Positions 1 to 10,525 are shown, counted from the first letter of the stretch. The stretch: DNA of 64,000 nt from an uncultured delta proteobacterium (GCA_963847445.1 CAWJZV010000025.1:1-64000); one strand, 5' to 3'. Notes: generated from the letters alone by a model not told the origin. Translations and numbers: made by a program.

Positions 1-26
1 GGAGAGGGGATAAGATCTTGAAATCG

Positions 27-895
27 CTATTTGCTGCGCGTTCCACGGCGGCTTCGATCGCCTTGCGCGCGTAAACGGTCGCGACATGGCGTTTGTACTC
101 GGCGCCGGCGTAGGAATCTTCCACCGGGTCGGTTTCTTCGGCGGCTTTGGCCGCCGCGGCCGCGATCGTCTGTGTCGTCAGCGGTTTGCCTTGCAGTTCC
201 AATTCCGTTGCGATGGCGCGGGCCGGGCCGCTGCCCAAGCCGCCGATGGCAATCCGCGAGGCCGTGCAGGTGCCGGAGGCTTGTCGCGTGATGATCGCCG
301 CCGCGCTGACGACCACATAGCCGGAGGCTGGGTGCGGCAGCTTGGCGTATGCGGTGCCGGTGCCAGCGGCCGGGATCGGCACGCGGATTTCCGTAAGAAT
401 TTCATTGGCCTTTAGCGCCGTGGTGTAAAAATCGGTGAAGAAGTCGTCGACGCCGATTCTCGTTTGCCCGACGCAGACTGGGCGATGAAGCTGGCATTGA
501 GCGCGGTTAGAACAACCGGCAAGTCTGCCGCGGGGTCGGCGTGGGCGACGCTGCCGCCGATGGTGCCGCGGTTGCGCACCTGCACGTCGCCGATCACCGC
601 GGCGGCTTCGGCCAGGGCGGGAACATGCTTGCGCACGAGGTCGGATGACGCGATATCGGCGTGAACCGTCAGTGCGCCGATCACTAGGCTGATTGCCGTC
701 GACGCTCACGCCGCGCAGACCCGGCACGGTGCCGAGGTCGATCAAAGTTTGCGGCGATTGCAGCCGGAGCTTCATCGCCGGAATCAAACTGTGGCCGCCG
801 GCTAGGAGTTTGCCATCCTCGCCGTGCTGCGCCATCAGTTGCAAAGCTTCTTCGACCGAGCGGGCCGCGACGTAGCCAAAATTAGCGGGAAACAT
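27..895 (-). CDS. coxM: Xanthine/CO dehydrogenase family FAD-binding (medium) subunit, frameshifted; 3' end approximate
   Basis: Manual translation from ATG 895: [18 protein letters not shown]...[17 protein letters not shown]; ORF 412..684 has [26 protein letters not shown]; C-terminal [13 protein letters not shown]; several frame switches. Confidence 0.85.
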
Positions 896-929
896 GGAGC
901 CTCCCTTGGATAGGCGGAGCCCTCAGGGC

Positions 930-960
930 AGGCGCGAGGCGTGAGGCATGAGTTCGGAAT
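930..960. repeat. 7-nt tandem unit (AGGCRYG x3) followed by TTCGGA
   Basis: aggcgcg aggcgtg aggcatg ag ttcggaat between coxS and coxM; unit similar to the one at 3216-3304. Confidence 0.55.
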
Positions 961-976
961 TTTCGAAGTTTCATGT

Positions 977-1486
977 TTATCTCCTCCTCCCTTCATTTTT
1001 TCTGCGGCCCATTTGATCGACTCGACGATATTGACGTAGCCGGTGCAGCGGCACAGGTTGCCTTCGAGGGCGTGCTTGATCTCGTCGTCGTTCGGATTGG
1101 GATTGGTTTCGAGCAAATGCACCGCGGTCATGATCATGCCGGGGGTGCAGTAGCCGCACTGCAAGCCGTGTTTCTCGCGGAAACCTTCCTGCACCGGGTG
1201 AAAGTTGTCGCCGTCGGCCAAACCTTCGATGGTTTTGACCTCGGCGCCGTTGGCTTGCACCGCCAGCACCGTGCAGGATTTCACCGCGCGGCCATTCAAG
1301 TGCACCGTGCAGGCGCCGCACTGACTGGTGTCGCAGCCGACATGGGTGCCGGTCAAATTCTAGATGCTCGCGTAAAAAATAAACCAGCAGCGTGCGCGGT
1401 TCGACCAGGGCGTCATGCTTGACGCCGTTGACCGTAATGGAAACCGGGAGCGCTGCGAACTGGGCCTCAGCAGCCATGCTTGTCAT
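977..1486 (-). CDS. coxS: (2Fe-2S)-binding small subunit of a CO/xanthine dehydrogenase family enzyme, frameshifted near 1357
   Basis: [28 protein letters not shown] joined to [17 protein letters not shown]...[11 protein letters not shown]...GNLCRCTGY. Confidence 0.9.
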   Translation of the reverse strand: MTSMAAEAQFAALPVSITVNGVKHDALVEPRTLLVYFLREHLEFDRHPCRLRHQSVRRLHGALEWPRGEILHGAGGASQRRRGQNHRRFGRRRQLSPGAGRFPRETRLAVRLLHPRHDHDRGAFARNQSQSERRRDQARPRRQPVPLHRLRQYRRVDQMGRRKNEGRRR

Positions 1487-1559
1487 TGCCTCCGTTGGTA
1501 TGTTGGTTGAACTGATTTCTAACCAGACTCTAGGGTGCAGAGAAATTCAGTCTGGCCAG

Positions 1560-1737
1560 TCATATACCGAGATCGACGCGGGCTCAAGAGCGGCCGCTGG
1601 TCAATTTGAAAGTTAAGGCGGTGAGTCCGAAGCTGGCGGAGCAGAAAATTGACGACGTGGCGGATCGAAGTTGGGTGCGCCGGCTCGATGAAAGCGGGTT
1701 CATCGACCGCGCGTACGCGGCGCAAGGCGTGAAGTAG
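1560..1737 (+). pseudogene. C-terminal remnant of an NMT1/SsuA-type solute-binding protein
   Basis: Manual translation 1612-1737 VKAVSPKLAEQKIDDVADRSWVRRLDESGFIDRAYAAQGVK* resembles the C-termini of the SBPs at 13951 and 16062; no upstream body. Confidence 0.55.
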
Positions 1738-1771
1738 TCACTAGGCCACAATGCAAAGGGGCGGAATGATT

Positions 1772-1885
1772 CACCACAGAGGGCACAGAGATCACAGAGG
1801 TCAAAATGCGGAGTCGAAGAATTGACCGCAAAGGCAAGAAAAATGAATTTCCGAACTTAGCGTCTTTGCGCCTTTGCGGGACAAT
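1772..1885. repeat. 9-nt-period tandem/inverted repeat cluster (CACAGAGnn; CGCAAAG / CTTTGCG)
   Basis: caccacagagggcacagagatcacagag; gaattgaccgcaaagg...ccgaacttagcgtctttgcgcctttgcggg. Confidence 0.6.
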
Positions 1886-1916
1886 CCTCCGAATGCGAAA
1901 GGATCCGAATCCTTCC

Positions 1917-3205
1917 TTACTGTTTCTCGTTCGATTGCAGCGCGTCGAGCGCTTGTTGGACGAGCTTGCGGCGCAGTTCTTTTTCGTCCTTCAGTGGCAG
2001 CTTGGCATCGCCGGTGACATGGACGATGCCGGTTCCTAGGACGACGCGGTTGGAACCGACCATTTTGGCGATGGGCAGCGCGGAGGTGATTTGCACCACT
2101 GGGATGCCGGCTTTTTCGAGTTCGGTGGTGATCGCAGCGCCGCTGCGAGTGCTGGTGCCTCAAGTTGACGTGAGGATCACCGCGTCGACGCCGTCGCGTT
2201 TGATCTTTCCGAGCCATTTCCCGTCCCAAACGGCGTGTGTTCGACAGCGGATTGGAGCGGCCGCAGGTGGAGAGAAACTCCTCGTGCAGTTTGCCGATGA
2301 CGCCGCTTTTTTCCAGCTCACGCAGAGCATCGAGAGGCACCAAGCGGTCGGGATCGTCCTGGACAAACCTGGTGTCGTAACCGCCGTGCGAGACTTCGTA
2401 GTCTTCGCTGCGTAAATCATCGCTGCCGGCGATATTGTAGGCGCCCCAGCGGGTCGCGGCGGTGCCTTCGATCTTGTCGGGATTGCCCTTGGGCACCAAG
2501 CCGCCGTCGGTGATGATCATCAGCTTGGCTTTCGACATGTCTTTGATCCGCGCAGGCATCGGCACGGGCGCGAACGCGGTCGGCAACATTTCCGATTCGA
2601 ACTTTTCGCCTTTCAATTTGGCGACGAGCATATCGACCATGCGCGTGGCGGCGGTCTTTTCGACCAGCTGGTCGCGCAACAGGCCGCGGCTGATATAGCC
2701 TTCCTCGCGCCGGCAGCCCGATGGGTTGCTTGGCCACGAGTTTCTTGCCGAGCTTTGCCATGGTGCGCGACGATATCGCGCATCTTGGCGATGTTGGTTC
2801 CCGAGTCGACGATGTGCAGCGTTTCGCGGTACAGATCGACGCCGGGATTTTCCACATGCATCGCCGTGATCGCCGGAATGGCCAACTCGCGATTGCACTG
2901 GCGCGTGCAGAGCGCGCCGGCGGCCATGCCGTAGCGCCCGGCATCGAAGCAGGGACCGGCGGCGAAGAGATCCGCTCCACTGGCGCGAATTTTCTCCAAT
3001 ACCGCCGCGGTTACTTGGTCTTGATGTTCGACGGCGTAATTATCGCCGCAGACGATCGTCAGGTTACCGCCGCATCATCGCCCATGAGTTGTTCGAACAG
3101 TTTCGCCGGCCCCAACGCGCCGTCGCGAAATTCCAATGACGCGCCGGCATGTTCTTCCGCGCCGATGCCGCCGAAAAATTGATTGACGTAGTAGACGATC
3201 TTCAT
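1917..3205 (-). CDS. grdB: Glycine/sarcosine/betaine reductase selenoprotein B family protein (Sec TGA at 2160-2162; several frameshifts)
   Basis: MKIVYYVNQFFGGIGAEE, AGPCFDAGRYG, ITDGGLVPKGNPDKIE, HGGYD...DPDRLVPLD, DGVDAVILTST-TGA-GTSTRSGAAITTELEKAGIPVVQI...VGSNR. Confidence 0.88.
2132..2148 (-). promoter_or_regulatory. Putative bacterial SECIS hairpin
   Basis: mRNA UGA + 11 nt + UCGCAGC-GGC-GCUGCGA: perfect 7-bp stem with a G-first loop, 17 nt in total. Confidence 0.7.
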
Positions 3206-3215
3206 GATTGACTCC

Positions 3216-3304
3216 TAGGCATGAGGCAATAGGCACTAGGCAACAGTAAGATTTAGGATGCTCGGAGTTTCTTACTAATGCCTATTGCCTCATGCCTATT
3301 GCCT
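3216..3304. repeat. Inverted repeat of 7-nt units between the grdE-like and grdB-like genes
   Basis: TAGGCATGAGGCAATAGGCA (3216-3235) is the exact reverse complement of 3279-3298; inner agtaaga/tcttact pair. Confidence 0.85.
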
Positions 3305-3307
3305 TCT

Positions 3308-4590
3308 TCAATACACTAACGATCTCATCCTCGACGCGCCCTGTTGATTGGTGACGCCGATGATGTTGTTGGCGTCGATGGTCATGGGTCCGACGAGCAG
3401 CTCGGCCAACTCCGGTTTGGCGGCGATGACGCGGGCGGCTTTGGGGATTTCGTACTTCGGTGCCGTTGCCGCCGTTGTAGACGATGGCGTTGACTTCCGG
3501 GACGTTGAACAAGAGCGCCGACTCGACGCGCCGGTCACGCGACACGTCGGAGACCATGACGGCGGTCTTGATGCCGGATCTGTTCCAACAAGCGCGCGGT
3601 TTCCGACAGGTCGGCGTGGGGCAGGCCGCCGCCGTACTTGGTCATCACGGCGCCGTCGGCGCGCAGGTTCCACTTGGCTAAATTCGCCGCAGCATGGCAT
3701 TGCCGTTCGCGGTCGACGTTATCGTTGCCGGCGACGGTGGCGACGGTGCCGACAAAGTTTATCTCGCGCGCTTGGTGGCGCCGGTAGAGATCGAGAATCA
3801 CCGGATGATTTTGATAAAAATAGGTCTCCGTGCCGCCGAACCAGGAGTTGAGCGACGGCACCAATGCGCCGTCGAGCCATTCGTCGGGATGTAAAATGAC
3901 CGGCAGCATGCCGTCGGTATTGGTTCCATAAATAATCGGCTCGTCGACCGCCGGCTTGCGCTGGCGCGAAAAAATCTGGCCGATATAGACGACGCGGGAC
4001 AATCCTTCGCGGCTTGTTGTCTTCGGCGCCGATGGGCTCGAATGTCTGTGTGGACGCCGGTGCTTGCGCAAGCGCGGCGCGGGCGAGATGCACGGCGACT
4101 TTGACGCCGGCGACGCGGTAGGCTTTTAACACCGCCGAGCGCGGCAACCCTGGTTTTGTCTGCGGTACCACCAGGAGATGACAAAGTTTTGAATATGCGC
4201 TGCCGGCGGTGGCGCTCGCCGCTCATCTCCAACACCCGTCCGGTGGCGCTGCGCGACGGGTCGGGGGACATTTCAGCGAAGACCGAAACCGCCGCGCCGG
4301 CGAGCACATGAGTCGTTCCCATCCCCGCGGTGGTCGGCGGCGCCGATGATGCCGGGAAAGTCGCTGCCGCCGTCGGCTTTGGCGCGCGGCTCGACGACAT
4401 CGAAGATCGGCCCGGCGCGGCAGCTCTCGCCGGGGCGGACGATGTCGAAAGCGACGTTATCGATGGCGGCATCTTCCAGTACCAAGCGGCGCAATTCCTC
4501 GCCATCGACCGTAAGCGCGCTGCCGTCGAGCGACAAGCGCGTGCCGAATTGAATGTCGGTGATTGGATGGACGGCAAGGGTGAGCTGCAT
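3308..4590 (-). CDS. grdE: Glycine/sarcosine/betaine reductase component B proprotein (GrdE/GrdG/GrdI family), frameshifted
   Basis: MQLTLAVHPITDIQFG...DIVRPGE...IFDVVEPRAK; LPVILHPDEWLDGA...YFYQNHPVILDLYRRH...INFVG; IIGVTNQQG C-terminus. Confidence 0.8.
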
Positions 4591-4735
4591 GCGACGATCT
4601 CCCGATCACAACTGATAGATCAAACTTCGATTCTAGGCAATCTATGTCCCGGCGCTTGCGCTTGTCAACTTGTAGTCGTGATTCACCTTGTCCCTTTCGG
4701 AGAAGGTCACAACCTCGCTCAGGTGAAGGAAGGTT

Positions 4736-4816
4736 GTCATGCCGGCGAGGCCGGCATCCATCTTCGCTTGTACTGCAGGCCGAGAAACCCTGGATTCCGG
4801 CCTGCGCCGGAATGAC
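4736..4816. repeat. REP-like inverted doublet (GTCATKCCGGC...GCCGGMATCCA)
   Basis: gtcatgccggcgaggccggcatcca ... tggattccggcctgcgccggaatgac. Confidence 0.75.
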
Positions 4817-4991
4817 GGATGAGGCGGCATCAGTCGACGATTCAGACACCTCGTTTTAAAGCCGAGGGGCAATCAGTTTCAGTAAATTCAGTGAACCGCC
4901 ACTGTCGGGGCGACTACGGTGCGCCTACAGTGACTGGTTCCGACCTTCGTCGCCGGTGCAAAGGTGCAGATCCACGAGGTCATTCAAAACC

Positions 4992-6486
4992 ATGATCCGT
5001 TTCTCGCCGCTTCCTAACCAAGCTCATATCATCCCCTGGCAGGAATGGGGCGACGCGGCCTTTACGCGCGGCCCACGCCGAGGACAAACCGGTGATGCTT
5101 TTCTTGTCGGCATTCTGGTGCCGGTTCTGCCAGCGCATGGATGAGCAAGCATTTTCTGAGACCGAAAACATCGCGCTGCTCAATGCTTACTTCATTCCAC
5201 TGCGGGTCGAGTATACGCAGCGTCCCGACGTCGACGCGCGTTACAACTTGAACGGCTGGCCGACCATCGCCTTCATGACGCCCGCTGGGCAGTTGCTCGC
5301 GGCCGTCAATTATTTGCCGGCGGATCAGTTCAAAGAATTGCTCATCGACGTGTACATGAGCTACCAGCAGCGCAAAGACGAGCTTCGTGGCGCGGCGCAG
5401 AACTACGGAAGAGAACGCCTGAGCCGGCGCGACAGCTGGCCGATTCGGAGTTGGCAACGAATCTAGCGGCGATCACCGAGAGCGTGATGGCGCTGGCGGA
5501 CCGTACCTATGGCGGTTACGATCGCGGGCAGAAATTTATCCATCCCCAAGTTAATGATTTTTTGCTGGCGCGCTATCAAGCGACCCACGACTCGCAATAT
5601 CTCGATCAGGTTTGTCTGACTCTCGAGCGCATGCGCGCCGGCGAGCTTTACGATCATCAAGGCGGCGCCTACTTTCGCACTTCGTCCAACCCGGACTGGA
5701 GCCATCCGCACCGGGAAAAATTGCTGTTGGAAGAGGCCGGGTTGTTGGCCAATTGCTTGTCGGTTTTTCGTATCACGCAGCGGGCGGAATACCGGCGCAT
5801 GGCTGAGGAGATCATTGAGTACTTGGATGCCAGGCTTTTCGATCCGGCGAGCGGAACTTTCCACGGCTGCGAAGATTGGTTGCGTTATGAACCGCCGGCC
5901 GTTGATGGCGAGGAATTCTTCACGATCATCGATCGCTGCGTTTACACCGACGCGAACGCGGTTGCCAGCGCGGCGTATCTCGATGCTGCGGTGCTATTGG
6001 ACAAGCCGGCTTACCGCGAGCGAGGGCTCGCCGCGCTGGAGTTTCTCTGGCAGAACTGCCGCAGCGACGGCGGCGGGATGTTTCACTACTTCGACGGCGC
6101 GGCGCATGTGCCGGGGCTACTGCAGGATCAAGCGCAGATGGGCAGCGCGTTGTTGCGCGCCTACCAAGTGACGGGAGATGGTGCATACGTGGATCGGGCG
6201 CGACGGTTGGCCGAGTTCATATTGACAGAACTGAAAAGCCCGAGCGGCGGTTTCTACGATATTTGCACGCAGGATTCGGCTGCGCTCAAGGCTTCGACTC
6301 ATTTTGATAGAACAGAACGGCGCCGCGGCTTCCTTCTTTCTCTCATTGGCTCAAGCGACGAAGGACGCCAAGTATCGCGACGCGGCGCGCTGGGCGCTAT
6401 GTGCATTCGTCGGTGATTTTAACCAGTACGGCGTTCACGCCGCGCCGTTCGGAAATGCGCTGGCGCAACTCCGAGGACTGGAGTAA
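4992..6486 (+). CDS. DUF255 thioredoxin-domain protein with alpha/alpha barrel (YyaL/SSP411-like), frameshifted
   Basis: IPWQEWGDAAF, DKPVMLFLSAFWCRFCQRMD, RPDVDARYNLNGWPTIAF, LYDHQGGAYFR...WSHPHREKLL, GLLQDQA, GGFYD. Confidence 0.85.
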
Positions 6487-6556
6487 ATGGAAGTGATGGA
6501 GTAATGGAGTGTTGGGAGGACCGAAGAACCCAGTACTCCAGTACTCCATCACTCCA
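6479..6556. repeat. Inverted repeat of ~8-nt units (TGGAGTRW) between convergent genes
   Basis: gtgatggagtaatggagtgttggg ... cccagtactccagtactccatcactcca; half copy at 29090-29125. Confidence 0.8.
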
Positions 6557-6564
6557 ATTCCCCG

Positions 6565-8098
6565 TTATCCCCTTATCTTCATCTCCACCGCGAGGATGCG
6601 GTTGTCGGGCGTGCCTTTCCAGATGACATTTCTCGCGACACCGTAAATTTCCGAGAGCGTGTAGAGCGGCACGAAGGGCGCGTCTTCCATGATCAGGCGG
6701 CCAGCTTGCTGCAAGATCGCCACGCGTTTTTTCTGATCGGCGGTGCGCTGTTGCTCTTCGATGAGTTTGTCGAGCTTCCGGGTTGCTGTAGCCGATGCGT
6801 TTGGTGATGCCGGTGTGAAAGTATTGATCGTAGAAAGTGTCGGCGTCGGAGGCGGTGCGGCCGGCGTAGTAAAAGGGCAGCTTGCCGCCGTTGACGCCAT
6901 CCTTGCCCCAGTAGACGGCGTACTCCTGGCCGACCAATTCGATTTTGATGCCGACTTTTGCCAACTGATCGCCGATCACTTCACAGACTTCCCGGCCCTT
7001 GAGATGGCGGTCGGGCGAGAAATGCAGCTTGATTTCGAAGCCGTTTGGATAGCCCGCCTGGGCGAGCAGCTCGCGGGCTTTCTTGGGATCGTGGGCATAG
7101 CGTTTCATCGCCGGGTCGAAGCCGGTCATGTTCGCCGCCAGCGGGCCGTTGAGCACTTGGCCGTTGCCGGAAAAGACATGTTTCATTATCGGCGCTGGAT
7201 CGATGGCGTGGTTGACCGCTTGGCGCACCAACTTGTTGTCGAAAGGCTTATGGGCGACGTTCATCGCGACGAAATACATGCGAAAGCCGGGAATCTTCTC
7301 GACCCGGACGCGCGGATGTTTCGCTACTCGATCGATTTCTTCGATGGGCAGGTTGCTGACCACGTCGGCCTGGCCTGACAGCAGACCGGCGACCCGCGCC
7401 GCCTCTTCTTTTACGCCTCTCAAGATGACTTCCTTGATCTCCGCCTTGGCGCCCCAGTAGTCGTCGTTGCGCGCCAAGACCAGGTTGCCGCCGCGCTGCC
7501 AGCTGACAAATTTATAGGGACCGGTGCCGATGGCGTAGTTGTCGGCCTGGTCGCCGTATTTTTCCGCGGCGGCTTTGCTGATGATATAGCGTGTGTCCAG
7601 GCGGTCGAGCAGCAGCGAGAGCGGCTGCTTGGTGTTGAAAACCACGGTGAAATCGTCGGGCGTTTCCACTTCTAACTCCAGGATGTCGCCGCCCTGAAGG
7701 CTGCGCTTGTCGGTTTTCATGCGCTCGATGGAATAGGCCACGTCTTTCGAGGTTAACGGCGCGCCGTTGTGAAAGCGGATGTTTTTTCTGAGCTGGAAAA
7801 TCCAGCGTCGTCCTTGGAATTCCCATGAGTCGGCGAGCACGCCGACATATTTTTGCCGGGTGTAGTCCATGACGATCAGCGGCTCGATCAGATGGAGCCA
7901 GATGCCGTTGATGCCGCCGCCGCTGTAGCCGTAGGGATGGAGCGAGTCGAGGCTGACGCCTTGATAGATGACGACTCGCTCTCTGGACGCCGCGAGCGCA
8001 TTCCCTCCAAGGGCGGGCCCGATCAGAGCCCCGAGGCCGAGGGTGGTACTGTGTTGAAGAAAGCGCCGGCGACTTATGTTGGTTTCTTTGCTAGCCAT
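6565..8098 (-). CDS. ABC transporter substrate-binding protein, family 5 (peptide/nickel), Tat signal; frameshift near 6780
   Basis: SRRRFLQ Tat motif, LRKNIRFHNG, IGTGPYKFVSW, KPFDNKLVRQA; C-terminus continues in ORF 6565..6900. Confidence 0.9.
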
Positions 8099-8177
8099 GG
8101 CAGTGCTCCTTTGATTGTTGTTCTTTAGTGCTTAGCGCGAATGGGTGTTGTTGCTGTGCAAGCGCGCCCCGCCACCC

Positions 8178-8285
8178 AGGGCGTATGCCATACGCCCCTA
8201 CATCGGATTTCTCCCGAAATCTCTGTTCTATGCGTCGCTCAGTTCCTTCGCATTCGCTCAGGACAGCTTTGCGGCCAATTCTCTT
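8178..8285. repeat. GTAG-type REP-like hairpin plus degenerate CTTTGCGGCCAATTCTC repeat
   Basis: agggcgtatgccatacgcccctac (reverse GTAGGGGCG...); ctttgcggccaattctc is the reverse complement of gagaattggccgcaaag at ~53403-53419. Confidence 0.6.
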
Positions 8286-8425
8286 GTCCGCTTATAGCAC
8301 CAGCGCTGCTCGCACGGCAAAGTGATTTTTATCGCAGTCGCTTGGCTAATCGGCGTTAGCTTGACACAATGGCGCCAGAGTTATTATGACCGAACAGGCG
8401 CTCTCGACCTAAGCGAGGTGTTGGC

Positions 8426-9709
8426 ATGGACATCAAATCACTCGTCGACCCGGAAGGCGGTCTCATCGATCGGCGGATCTTCGCCGACCGGGAGATCTAC
8501 GATTTGGAACGCGAGCGTATCTTTGCGCGCTGCTGGCTTTACCTTGGCCACGAGTGTGAGATTCCCAACCCCGGCGATTTCGTCACCCGCTACATGGGCG
8601 AAGACCCGGTGATTCTAGCGCGCGACTTAAACGGCCAACTGCGCGCGCATTTAAACATGTGCCGCCATCGCGGCAATCGGGTGTGCCGCGCCGACCGCGG
8701 CAATACCAAATTATTTCAATGCTCGTATCATGGCTGGTCATACACCACCGACGGCAAACTCGCGCTGGTGCCGATGGTCGACACCTTCGGCAATCTCGAT
8801 CGCTCGCAGTGGGGCTTGGTTTCGGTGGCGCAGGTCGACAGTTACAAGGGACTGATCTTCGCGACCTTCGATCCCGAAGCGCCGCCACTGCGCGACTATC
8901 TCGGCGACATGGCCTGGTATTTGGACATTCTCCTCGACCGCCGCGAGGGCGGCACGGAGGTAAGCGGGCCGCAGCGCTGGGTAGTCGACGCCAACTGGAA
9001 GACCGCCGCGGAAAATTTCGGCGGCGACGGTTACCACATCGCCTCGACTCACGGCTCGGCGCGCGAGTTGGGCATCGACACGACCACCAGCAAAACCCGC
9101 CAATGGAACAAAGGCTGTCAGATCGCCTGCGACAACGGCCATATTCTAGTTTCCTGGCTGACGCCGCCGGACAGCGGGCCGTGGTTTGCTCAGCCGGATG
9201 ATCAGCTCGCCGACTACATGAAAGAGCATGAAGTTGAAATCGAAAGCCGTTTAGGAACCAAGCGGGCGCGGCAGATTTCCCCGTCGGCGGGAACGGTTTT
9301 CCCCAATCTCTCGGTGCACTGGCTGACGCGGACGATTCGCGTCTGGCAGCCGCGCGGGCCGGACAAGATGGAGATCTGGAGTTGGGCGATCGTCGACAAG
9401 GCGGCTTCGCCGAAGATCAAGGATGTCATGCGCTTCGTGGCGCAGTACCGTTTCAGTCCGTCGGGAGTCTTCGAGCAGGACGACATGGACAACTGGATTC
9501 AAGTCACCGGCGCGGCGCACAGCCTGATCGGCCAGCGCTTTCCGGCCAACTATCAGATGCGCGGCAACGAGCCGCCGGTGGAAATCGATCTGCCGGGACG
9601 CGTGAAAAGCCGCTTCAGCGACAACAATCAGCTAAGCCTGTACATGCACTGGGCCAAGCTGCTGCAAGCGAACAATTGGCGCGAGGTTGCGAACGCGTCC
9701 AATGGATAG
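8426..9709 (+). CDS. Aromatic ring-hydroxylating dioxygenase alpha subunit (Rieske; biphenyl/phenylpropionate-type)
   Basis: CRHRG...CSYHGW Rieske motif; NWKTAAENFGGDGYH...TH; FEQDDMDNW. Confidence 0.95.
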   Translation: MDIKSLVDPEGGLIDRRIFADREIYDLERERIFARCWLYLGHECEIPNPGDFVTRYMGEDPVILARDLNGQLRAHLNMCRHRGNRVCRADRGNTKLFQCSYHGWSYTTDGKLALVPMVDTFGNLDRSQWGLVSVAQVDSYKGLIFATFDPEAPPLRDYLGDMAWYLDILLDRREGGTEVSGPQRWVVDANWKTAAENFGGDGYHIASTHGSARELGIDTTTSKTRQWNKGCQIACDNGHILVSWLTPPDSGPWFAQPDDQLADYMKEHEVEIESRLGTKRARQISPSAGTVFPNLSVHWLTRTIRVWQPRGPDKMEIWSWAIVDKAASPKIKDVMRFVAQYRFSPSGVFEQDDMDNWIQVTGAAHSLIGQRFPANYQMRGNEPPVEIDLPGRVKSRFSDNNQLSLYMHWAKLLQANNWREVANASNG

Positions 9710-10212
9710 CCAGCTGCGCCACCAAGTCGAGGATTTTTATTACCTCGAAGCCGAGCTGCTCGACGAGCGCAAGCTGCGCGAGTGGTTCGAGCTGCTGGCC
9801 GAAGATATTCGCTACTGGATGCCGCTGCGGCACAACACCGCTGGAGCGGCCTGAAAGCGTCAGCGAAGAGCTGTCCCAGCCCGGCGACGCCTATTATTTC
9901 GACGACGATTGGCAGAGTTTGAAGATCCGCGTCGAGCGCGCCTATTCGAAGATCGCCTGGGCGGAAGTGCCGCCGTCGCGCACGCGCCACCTGATTACCA
10001 ACATCCGTATTAAGAAAGACGACGGCGAGCAAATCGAAGCCCATTCGAATTTTCTCGTCTACCGCACGCGCCAGGAAAGCGACAAGGATATCTTCGTCGG
10101 CACGCGCCAGGATACTCTGCGGCGCGCCGGGGCGAGCTTCAAGATCGCCCGGCGCACGATCATCCTCGATCAGGCGGTGCTGGACGCGAAGAATATCAGC
10201 GTGTTCTTGTAG
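9702..10212 (+). CDS. Aromatic ring-hydroxylating dioxygenase beta subunit, frameshift near 9838
   Basis: MDSQLRHQVEDFYYLEAELLDERKLREW...RYWMP joined to WAEVPPSRTRHLITN...KIARRTIILDQAVL. Confidence 0.9.
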
Positions 10213-10294
10213 ACCTCCGCGCGCTTATGTTCGATTCACCGGCAATCTGATCAAACATTATCAAGGGAAAGTAATTTTCTCACGGTTTGGGTGT

Positions 10295-10525
10295 TTAGTG
10301 CACATGATCGTCCGGCGCGGCAGCGCGCGGCTTTTCATTCCTGAGTAACTCTACTTGCGACAGAAGACCTGCGATTTTGCTCCAAGCTTCGCTCTCGGCG
10401 GGCAACCAGCGGGCGCGGATGTAGCCTTGTTTGTCGATTAGAAATTCGACATGGGGTGTGGTTGTGATCAGGTTTTCATCACTAAACGAGCGAGCGAACA
10501 GTTTATAGGTTTCGGTGATTTCTCT
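10295..10525 (-). pseudogene. C-terminal redoxin-like fragment, resembling the tail of CopD/cytochrome c fusion proteins
   Basis: ITETYKLFARS...HVEFLIDKQGYIRARWLP...PDDHVH*; the upstream part of the ORF does not look protein-like. Confidence 0.5.

Noticed and set aside
27-1486. Bona fide aerobic CO dehydrogenase
   Set aside because: The large subunit with the diagnostic active-site motif is not in the window, so only a family-level call is possible.
5060-5100. Programmed frameshifting in split genes
   Set aside because: The shifts are numerous, clustered by position and lack consistent slippery sites; sequencing indels are more parsimonious.
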